A DNA stretch of 64,000 nt from Somniosus microcephalus (taxonomy: Eukaryota): the NCBI GenBank assembly GCA_052327205.1, contig CM126204.1, positions 278,566,001 through 278,630,000 on the forward strand, read 5' to 3'. Numbering within the stretch: the first letter of the stretch is position 1; the number at the start of each line of letters is the position of its first letter. Under the pieces are notes generated by a model. It did no database searches. It was given only the letters and a program-made list of their open reading frames with translations, and was not told the DNA's origin. Positions 25,501 through 34,848 of the stretch are shown piece after piece. Position numbers and translations under genes: made by a program.

Positions 25501-26409
25501 TTCAGTTATAAAATCTGTATTCCATCTAAACTGTTAGATGTAGCTTTAAGAATAAATCCTTGATTATAGTCAAACTGTTACATATTATCAACTTTAAAAG
25601 TACCTTGGGAACACAGGAAAAAAAAACAAACATGGTCTGAGATTGGTAGATGAAGGATGATTAGAAACACGGCCACTAATCTTAAATTTACCAAAATAAA
25701 TCGGTACAACCAAATCCCCTTTGAATACACTGTTTCCTCTGTGGGCCCAACCCAGATGATGCACCCAAAATTGTACCCGAAGCTGCGCCCTTTGCCGATG
25801 TCAAATTACACCCAAGTATCCTCCCAATCTCATTAGAATATGCCCAAACTTAAAATGGGTGCAAAAGGGCATTAAATCAAAGGAATTCACCGTAAGCAAT
25901 TAGGGCCAAAGCAAACGCTGAACCCACAGCAGTATATTTCTTCTTTGAGTCTTAAATTTAAGTTTCAACTCATTTAACCATCATTCATGCACATCGTGTT
26001 TAAGATCCCACAATCAGGGAAGCTTTTCAATTTTTCATGTGACATACTTATGCCATAAAAATCTATTCAAAAGGAAAAGGTAATACAGAGCAGGTCTCAG
26101 TAAGGATACATTTTAAAATAACACTCAAAAATTTGCAGTTAAAAGACCAGAGAAATGACGCTGCTGTGCCTGAAAATTTGGCCACAATATTGAGGATCTT
26201 GTCTATTTGCAACACCAGATTTCTGATGGGTGTGTCGTGTCCTCCAAGGGGACCAGTTTGTCTGGAATGTGTAATTTGATCTTGCCTGCCGGAGTAATCA
26301 AGATCTTTGCAATGTGTAATTCGATCGAGTCATCATCACAGGCAGGCTCCAGAGCTCACTATGCGAACAGTACTGCTTTCAGAGAACAGACAGGATTCAC
26401 CCTCTCGGA

Positions 26410-26840
26410 TTAGGAGCGCTCACAGTGCCGAGTTCAGATAGGAAGGCGTGAGGCAATGGAAGGATTTTAACATAAGGGTGAGAATTTTAAAATTAAGTTG
26501 TTGGTGAACAATGCTCCCCCTAATTTTTTCTGGGTGTGCGGTCCCTTTAATGGGCTGCGCGGCCCATTCAAAATTTTGCACATGTGCAAAATCTCCCATT
26601 CAAAAGCCGGTAAGCGGCCTGCACGGGACCTCCAGACAGCTGCGCGGCTGCACAGCTTAGCAGGAATGGTGGTGGTGGACCATGAGCCAATGTAGGTCAA
26701 TAAGCACAGGGGTAATGAGTGAATGGAACTTGCTGCATGTTAGGATATGTGCAGCAGAGTTTTGGATGAGCTCAAGTTCATTGAGGGTGGAAGATGGGAA
26801 GCTGGCCAGGAGAACATTACAATAGTCAAGTCTGGCAAAT
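26410..26840 (-). mobile_element. L2 LINE RT C-terminal fragment
   Basis: Peptide RLDYCNVLLASFPSSTLNELELIQNSAAHILT..ITPVLIDLHWL, typical of the L2-clade ORF2 C-terminus. Confidence 0.8.
26509..26671. mobile_element. Small hAT-like MITE inserted in the L2 fragment
   Basis: Imperfect TIR CAATGCTCCCCCTAA / TTAGCAGGAATGGTG; 8-bp flanks TTGGTGAA / GTGGTGGA (6/8 match). Confidence 0.6.
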
Positions 26841-27453
26841 CTACAGTGGTTGGTTTGTCTGTCTGTATGTCCGCTATACACTCAAAAGTTATAGAGCGTA
26901 CCTACACATATGTTATATCAAAAGAAAGCTGATGATCAGGGGAGTGTCATAGGCATATTTACTTTTTGGTCAGACAAAAATTGTTCGGACAGTATACAAA
27001 AATGTTCAAAAATCCGCTCCTACTGCTCATTAGCATTGAGTGACGTGATGGTTGACCAATCCTACGGGGTGTGCGGGGTCTAATCATTCAAACTGCCGTT
27101 AGTGCGGGAGCGGGAGCTGAGCGGCGGCCATTAAACACCTGCTGGGCCTCAAGCTAAAAAAATGGTAATGGGGATTAAATGATATGAAATATAGATTTCC
27201 AGCAAAAAAAAAAGTTGGTTTTAAAAGAAAAAAACATCCATTTGCAAAGGGGACTCGGGCTTTCCCCCCCCTCGGTGGTGGATGAGCTGCCTGCAGGCCT
27301 CGAAGCCTCAGCCTCTCCTCGCCAGCCACGCCCGAGCTAGGCACCGCCCGTCCCGCTGGGCCCGATTCCAAACCAGCGGCCCGCGATCGCCGCCATCTTG
27401 ATAAAGGCTGGCAGGGCGGAGCCAAGCGTAGCCATCACCGCTCTGAGGAAATC

Positions 27454-30400
27454 GGAGAGACAGGGGGAGGGAGAGGAGAGGAGGGGGGGGGGAGAGGAGA
27501 GGAGGGGGGAGAGAGGGAGAGGAGAGGAGGGGGGAGAGAGGGAGAGGAGAGGAGGGGGGGAGAGAGGGAGAGGAGAGGGAGAGGAGGGGGGAGCGGGAGA
27601 GGGAAAGGAGGCGGGGGAGAGGGAAAGGAGGGGGGGANNNNNNNNNNNNNNNNNNNNNNNNNNNNNNNNNNNNNNNNNNNNNNNNNNNNNNNNNNNNNNN
27701 NNNNNNNNNNNNNNNNNNNNNNNNNNNNNNNNNNNNNNNNNNNNNNNNNNNNNNNNNNNNNNNNNNNNNNNNNNNNNNNNNNNNNNNNNNNNNNNNNNNN
27801 NNNNNNNNNNAGAGGGAGAGGAGGGGGGGNNNNNNNNNNNNNNNNNNNNNNNNNNNNNNNNNNNNNNNNNNNNNNNNNNNNNNNNNNNNNNNNNNNNNNN
27901 NNNNNNNNNNNNNNNNNNNNNNNNNNNNNNNNNNNNNNNNNNNNNNNNNNNNNNNNNNNNNNNNNNNNNNNNNNNNNNNNNNNNNNNNNNNNNNNNNNNN
28001 NNNNNNNAGGGGGGAGAGGGAGAGGAGGGGGGAGAGGGAGAGGAGGGGGGAGNNNNNNNNNNNNNNNNNNNNNNNNNNNNNNNNNNNNNNNNNNNNNNNN
28101 NNNNNNNNNNNNNNNNNNNNNNNNNNNNNNNNNNNNNNNNNNNNNNNNNNNNNNNNNNNNNNNNNNNNNNNNNNNNNNNNNNNNNNNNNNNNNNNNNNNN
28201 NNNNNNNNNNNNNNNNNNNNNNNNNNNNNGGAGGGGGGAGAGGGAGAGGAGGGGGGAGAGGGAGAGGAGGGGGGGAGAGGGAGAGGAGGGGGGAGAGGGA
28301 GAGGAGGGGGGGAGAGGGAGAGGAGAGGGGGGAGAGGGAGGGGAGAGGGAGCGGAGGGGGGAGAGGGAGAGGAGGGGGGGAGAGGGAGAGGAGGGGGGAG
28401 AGGGAGAGAAGGCGGGAGAGGGAGAGGAGGGGGGAGAGGGAGAGGAGGGGGGAGAGGGAGAGGAGGGGGGAGAGGGAGAGGAGGGGGGAGAGGGAGAGGA
28501 GGGGGGAGAGGAGAGGAGGGGGGAGAGGGAGAGGAGGGGGGANNNNNNNNNNNNNNNNNNNNNNNNNNNNNNNNNNNNNNNNNNNNNNNNNNNNNNNNNN
28601 NNNNNNNNNNNNNNNNNNNNNNNNNNNNNNNNNNNNNNNNNNNNNNNNNNNNNNNNNNNNNNNNNNNNNNNNNNNNNNNNNNNNNNNNNNNNNNNNNNNN
28701 NNNNNNNNNNNNNNNNNNNNNGGGAGAGGAGGGGGGGAGAGGGAGAGGAGGGGGAGAGGGAGAGGAGGGGGGAGAGGCAGAGGAGGGGGAGAGGAGGGGG
28801 GAGAGGGAGAGGGAGAGGAGAGGAGGGGGGGAGAGGGAGAGGAGAGGAGGGGGGAGAGGGAGAGGAGAGGGGGGAGAGGGAGAGGAGGGGGGGAGAGGGA
28901 GAGGAGGGGGGGGAGAGGGAGAGGAGAGGAGGGGGAGAGGGAGAGGAGAGGAGGGGGAGAGGGAGAGGAGAGGAGAGGAGGGGGGAGAGGGAGAGGAGGG
29001 GGGAGAGGGAGAGGAGGGGGGAGAGGGAGAGGAGGGGGGAGAGGGAGAGGAGAGGAGGGGGGAGAGTGAGAGGAGAGGAGGGGGGAGAGGGAGAGGAGAG
29101 GAGGGGGAGAGGGAGCGGAGAGGAGTGGGGGGGAGAGGGAGAGGAGAGGAGAGGGGGGAGAGGGAGAGGAGAGGAGCGGGGGGAGAGGGAGAGGAGAGGA
29201 GCGGGGGGAGAGGGAGAGGAGAGGAGCGGGGGGAGAGGGAGAGGAGAGGAGCGGGGGGAGAGGGAGAGGAGAGGAGCGGGGGGAGAGGGAGAGGAGAGGA
29301 GCGGGGGGAGAGGGAGAGGAGAGGAGGGGGAGAGAGGGAGAGGAGAGGAGGGGGGAGAGGGAGAGGAGAGGGGGGGGAGAGGGAGAGGAGAGGAGCGGGG
29401 GGAGAGGGAGAGGAGAGGAGCGGGGGAGAGGGAGAGGAGAGGAGCGGGGGGAGAGGGAGAGGAGAGGAGCGGGGGGAGAGGGAGAGGAGAGGAGCGGGGG
29501 GAGAGGGAGAGGAGAGGAGCGGGGGGAGAGGGAGAGGAGAGGAGGGGGGGAGAGGGAGAGGAGAGGAGGGGGGAGAGGGAGAGGAGAGGGGGGGAGAGGG
29601 AGAGGAGAGGAGGGGGGAGAGGGAGAAGAGAGGGGGGGAGAGGGAGAGGAGATAGGGGGGGANNNNNNNNNNNNNNNNNNNNNNNNNNNNNNNNNNNNNN
29701 NNNNNNNNNNNNNNNNNNNNNNNNNNNNNNNNNNNNNNNNNNNNNNNNNNNNNNNNNNNNNNNNNNNNNNNNNNNNNNNNNNNNNNNNNNNNNNNNNNNN
29801 NNNNNNNNNNNNNNNNNNNNNNNNNNNNNNNNNNNNNNNNNNNNNNNNNNNNNNNNNNNNNNNNNNNNNNNNNNGGGAGGGAGAGGAGAGGGAGAGGAGG
29901 GGGGGAGGGAGAGGAGAGGGGGGAGGGAGAGGAGAGGGGGGGATGAGGGAGAGGGGGAGGAGGGAGAGGGGGGGAGGANNNNNNNNNNNNNNNNNNNNNN
30001 NNNNNNNNNNNNNNNNNNNNNNNNNNNNNNNNNNNNNNNNNNNNNNNNNNNNNNNNNNNNNNNNNNNNNNNNNNNNNNNNNNNNNNNNNNNNNNNNNNNN
30101 NNNNNNNNNNNNNNNNNNNNNNNNNNNNNNNNNNNNNNNNNNNNNNNNNNNNNNNNNNNNNNNNNNNNNNNNNNNNNNNNNNNNNNAGAGGGGCGAGGAG
30201 GGAGAGGGGCGAGGAGGNNNNNNNNNNNNNNNNNNNNNNNNNNNNNNNNNNNNNNNNNNNNNNNNNNNNNNNNNNNNNNNNNNNNNNNNNNNNNNNNNNN
30301 NNNNNNNNNNNNNNNNNNNNNNNNNNNNNNNNNNNNNNNNNNNNNNNNNNNNNNNNNNNNNNNNNNNNNNNNNNNNNNNNNNNNNNNNNNNNNNNNNNNN

Positions 30401-30626
30401 NNNNNNNNNNNNNNNNNGGAGAGGAGAGGCGGGGAGGAGGGAGAGGAGAGGGGGGGAGGAGGGAGANNNNNNNNNNNNNNNNNNNNNNNNNNNNNNNNNN
30501 NNNNNNNNNNNNNNNNNNNNNNNNNNNNNNNNNNNNNNNNNNNNNNNNNNNNNNNNNNNNNNNNNNNNNNNNNNNNNNNNNNNNNNNNNNNNNNNNNNNN
30601 NGAGGAGGGAGAGGAGAGGGGGGGAG
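27454..30626. repeat. Polypurine GA-rich low-complexity/minisatellite tract with multiple assembly gaps
   Basis: Almost pure G/A on plus; recurring 18-24 nt units such as GGGGGAGAGGGAGAGGAGAGGAGC; several N runs. Confidence 0.95.
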
Positions 30627-33292
30627 TGTGGTAAACCACTTTTATCGTTACACTATAGTTATCACTGTTGTATTGTTATCACCGTTATCACTGTTGTATC
30701 ACGATACGAGGTCGCCTCTTGTCGCGCTGTTATACCTGGGCTGACCACCTCCGACTCCGCCCATGGCTCCACCTACCTGCCCAGGTATAAAGGTAGTCGA
30801 CTGGCTGGTATTCCTCCTTGTTGGACCCGATCACCCACGAGGGTGGGCTCTGTTATTTAGTCAATAAAAACCTTTAGTTACGTTCCTAACTCGTCGCTTT
30901 TTATTGGACGAATTGATAGGTATATCAATTTTATTGACTAAATTTTAAAGATGTCTACTACTGGCCAGCCAGAAGCCCTCCCAGAAGCACAGCCACACCA
31001 GCCGGCTTGGCTGCAAGCCCTCAAACCACCGTACCTGGATCTAAACCCACAGGCAGCAAACGCAGCCCTCAACTTCAAACACTGGCTGGACTGCTTCGAA
31101 TCCTACCTGGAAGAATCCGGCGCCCCGCAGAGATCCAAACTAAGACTTCTGAACGCCCAAGCGAGCCCGAGAGTATACGCACTCATACAGGACACGACTA
31201 CGTACGAGGCCGCTATCAACCTACTGAAACAGCAGTACCGCAGCCCGGTAAATTACATGTACACCAGGCACCTCCTAAGATCCCGCCCGCAACAGCCAGG
31301 AGAGTCTGTAGCTGAATTTTTACGGGCGCTAAGAGCACTCGGCAGGAACTGTGACTTTAAAGCGGTGACGGCTGTTGAAAATACGGAAGATAATATCCGC
31401 GATGCCTTTGTGAAAGGCCTACGGTCCGACTACTCACGGCAAAGACTGCTTGAAGCTAAAGACCTCGACCTGGACAAAGCTGAAGCCCTCGCTCTCTCCC
31501 TGGAGGTGGCCCATCAGGACCAGGAGGCGTTTTCCAGGTACTGCTCGCGACCCTGGGACTCGGGCCCGACCCCTACCGCAATACCCTTCGCAGCGCCGCC
31601 CCCGGGACCTACCTCAGCGTCGGCGTCCCGGACCCGACCGGGCCCGCCACCCCCGGTACCGGCTCCGACATCGGGCACCCGCGATCGGGCCGCCGGCTGC
31701 TTCTTTTGCGGCCAGGAGAAGCACCCGAGGTCGCGCTGCCCAGCCAGGAACTCTACCTGCACAACCTGCAGGAAGAAAGGCCACTTCTCTAAGGCCTGCA
31801 GGAGCGGATCTTCAGAGGCCAGCAGTGCCTCATGCGAACTGTGGGGGCGGCCATCTTCTTTCACGGCAACTGAGGCCAGTATCCCCACACGTGAGTCATG
31901 GGGGCGGCCATCTTTGATCAAGGCAACCGACCCCAATAGTGCCTCATGTGAGTTATGGGGGCAGCCATCTTCTCCGCCATTTTGTCCTACCTCGTGGGAG
32001 ACGCCATTTTACCCACCACGCCCGACTGCCACCGGGCCCCCGGACCCGACGACCGCCTCGCCCGCAGACGACAACGACTCGCTTACCTACACGCTAGCCT
32101 CCGTCACTCTGGATCAAGCCCGCCCACACCACCTGTCCAAGTCGATGATGGACATCAAAGTAAACGGCCACGCCATGACCTGCCTGTTCGACAGCGGAAG
32201 CACGGAGCTTCATCCACCCAGACACGGTGAGCCACTACTCCCTCCCTGTCCTGCCAACGCGCAACCGAATCTCGATGGCATCGAGGTCCCACGCCACGGA
32301 CATTAGCGGCTACTGTGCTGTGACCTTGTCGGTTAAGGGTACAGAGTATAAAAACTTTAAACTCCTCGTCCTCCCCCAGCTCTGCGCTGCCGTCCTACTA
32401 GGGCTGGACTTCCAATCCCACCTCCAAAGTGTAACCCTAGCATACGGTGGACCCCTCCCCCCACTCACAGTCGACAACCAGCGAAGGTTAAACCGCCCAC
32501 CGCGTAACACCTGCAGCCTATCCACCCTCAAGGTGCCGCCACCTTCCCTGTTCGCTAACCTCACCCCCGACTGCAAACCCGTCGCTACCAAGAGCAGGCG
32601 GTACAGCGCTGGGGACAGAGCTTTCATTAGCTCTGAGGTGCAGCGTCTCCTGAAGGAGGGCATCATCAACAGCCCCTGGCGTGCCCAGGTCGTGGTCGTT
32701 AAGACCGGCGATAAAAATCGCCTGGTCATCGACTACAGCCAGACCATAAACAGATACACCCAGCTGGACGCATACCCCCTTCCCCGCATATCTGACATGG
32801 TCAATCAGATTGCACAATACCGCGTATTCTCGACCATCGACCTTAAGTCGGCCTACCACCAACTCCCTATCCACCCCGAGGACCGCCAGTACACCGCCTT
32901 CGAGGCGAATGGGCGCCTATACCACTTCCTTAGGGTCCCCTTCGGTGTCACCAACGGGGTCTCGGTCTTCCAAAGGGAGATGGACCGGATGGTTGACCAG
33001 AACGGACTGCAGGCCACATTCCCCTACCTAGATAACGTCACCATCTGCGGCCGCGACCGGCAGGACCACGACGTGAATCTGGAGAAATTCCTCCGTACAG
33101 CCCAACGGCTGAACCTCACCTACAATAAGGAGAAATGTGTGTTTAACACCTCGCGCCTTGCCATCCTTGGCTGTGTAGTAGAGAACGGACTCATCGGCCC
33201 CGACCCCGAAAGAATGCGCCCCCTCATGGAGCTACCCCTCCCCCACTGCCCTAAGGCACTTAAGAGAACCCTGGGGCTCTTCGCCTACTATG
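30627..33292 (+). mobile_element. Ty3/Gypsy LTR retrotransposon D (5'LTR 30627-30927, gag-pro-RT), cut by an assembly gap
   Basis: TG..CA LTR with TATAAA (30786) and AATAAA (30863). Gag with CCHC-type knuckles (CFFCGQEKHPRSRC, CTTCRKKGHFSKAC); protease DSGS; RT motifs IDLKSAYHQ, PFGV, YLDN. Confidence 0.9.
30951..32306 (+). CDS. Gypsy D gag and protease N-terminus (frameshift near 32205 just after DSGSTE)
   Basis: 451-aa ORF from ATG 30951 with zinc knuckles. Pol continues in the 32227 frame up to the gap at 33293. Confidence 0.8.
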   Translation: MSTTGQPEALPEAQPHQPAWLQALKPPYLDLNPQAANAALNFKHWLDCFESYLEESGAPQRSKLRLLNAQASPRVYALIQDTTTYEAAINLLKQQYRSPVNYMYTRHLLRSRPQQPGESVAEFLRALRALGRNCDFKAVTAVENTEDNIRDAFVKGLRSDYSRQRLLEAKDLDLDKAEALALSLEVAHQDQEAFSRYCSRPWDSGPTPTAIPFAAPPPGPTSASASRTRPGPPPPVPAPTSGTRDRAAGCFFCGQEKHPRSRCPARNSTCTTCRKKGHFSKACRSGSSEASSASCELWGRPSSFTATEASIPTRESWGRPSLIKATDPNSASCELWGQPSSPPFCPTSWETPFYPPRPTATGPPDPTTASPADDNDSLTYTLASVTLDQARPHHLSKSMMDIKVNGHAMTCLFDSGSTELHPPRHGEPLLPPCPANAQPNLDGIEVPRHGH

Positions 33293-33792
33293 NNNNNNNN
33301 NNNNNNNNNNNNNNNNNNNNNNNNNNNNNNNNNNNNNNNNNNNNNNNNNNNNNNNNNNNNNNNNNNNNNNNNNNNNNNNNNNNNNNNNNNNNNNNNNNNN
33401 NNNNNNNNNNNNNNNNNNNNNNNNNNNNNNNNNNNNNNNNNNNNNNNNNNNNNNNNNNNNNNNNNNNNNNNNNNNNNNNNNNNNNNNNNNNNNNNNNNNN
33501 NNNNNNNNNNNNNNNNNNNNNNNNNNNNNNNNNNNNNNNNNNNNNNNNNNNNNNNNNNNNNNNNNNNNNNNNNNNNNNNNNNNNNNNNNNNNNNNNNNNN
33601 NNNNNNNNNNNNNNNNNNNNNNNNNNNNNNNNNNNNNNNNNNNNNNNNNNNNNNNNNNNNNNNNNNNNNNNNNNNNNNNNNNNNNNNNNNNNNNNNNNNN
33701 NNNNNNNNNNNNNNNNNNNNNNNNNNNNNNNNNNNNNNNNNNNNNNNNNNNNNNNNNNNNNNNNNNNNNNNNNNNNNNNNNNNNNNNNNNNN

Positions 33793-34848
33793 AAGCAAAG
33801 AGTTGGAATAAACGGGTCTTTTTCCGAGTGGCAGGCAGTGACTAGTGGGGTACCACAGGGATCGGTGCTAGGACCCCAGCTATTCACAATATATATTAAT
33901 GATCTAGACGAGGGAACTAGATGTAATATCTCCAAGTTTGCAGACGACACAAAGCTGGGTGGGCGTGTGTGCTGTGAGGAGGATGCCGAGAAACTCCAGG
34001 ATGATTTGGACAGGTTGGGTGATTGGGCAGATGCATGGCAGATGCAGTATAATTTGGATAAATGTGAGGTTATCCACTTTGGTGGCAAAAACAGGAAGGC
34101 AGATTATCTGAATGGCAATAGATTGGGAAAAGGGGAAGTGCAACGAGACCTGGGTGTCCTTGTGCACCAGTCGCTGAAGGTAAGCATGCAGGTGCAGCAG
34201 GTGGTTAAGAAGGCAAATGGTATGTTGGCCTTCATAGCGAGAGGATTCGAGTACAGGAGCAAGGATGTCTTGCTGTACTTGTACAGGGCCTTGGTGAGAC
34301 CACAGCTTGAGTATTGTGTGCAGTTTTGGTCACCTTGTCTGAGGAAGGATGTTCTTGCCATAGAGGGAGTGCAGCGAAGATTCACCAGACTGATACCTGG
34401 GATGGCAGGAATGACGTATGAAGAGAGATTGAGTCGATTAGGCTTATATTTGCTAGAGTTTAGAAGAATGAAAGGGGATCTCATTGAAACTTATAAAATT
34501 CTAACAGGACTAGACAGACTAGATGCAGGAAGGATGTTCCCGATGGCGGGGGAGTCCAGAACCAGGGGTCACAGTCTAAGGATAAGGGGTAAGTCATTTA
34601 GGACTGTGATGAGGAGGAATTTCTTCACCCAGAGAGTGGTGAACCTGTGGAATTCTCTACTAGAGGCCAACGTATTAAATATATTCAAGAAGGAGTTAGA
34701 TATATTTCTTAAGGCTAAAGGGATCAAGGGATATGGGCAGAAAGCAGGGACAGGGAATTTGGATGATCAGCCATAATCTCATTAAATGGCGGAACAGGCT
34801 CGAGGGGCCGAATGGCCTACTCCTGCTCCTATCTTCTATGTTTCTATG
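33793..34848 (+). mobile_element. CR1 LINE 3' half (RT), begins at the gap edge
   Basis: SGVPQGSVLGP, KFADD, tail CTTCTATGTTTCTATG; closely similar to 17436-18502. Confidence 0.95.

Noticed and set aside
25742-25906. Possible small Harbinger-type MITE (GGGCCCAA..AATTAGGGCC)
   Set aside because: Termini too degenerate and no TSD established.
27337-30860. Very long Pro/Ser/Leu- or Gly/Glu/Arg-rich ORFs
   Set aside because: Translations of a stop-free GA repeat plus N gaps.
32227-34776. 849-aa ORF that appears to fuse Gypsy RT with CR1 RT
   Set aside because: The two halves are joined only through a 500-N gap read as X; an assembly/ORF-calling artefact, not a chimeric enzyme.
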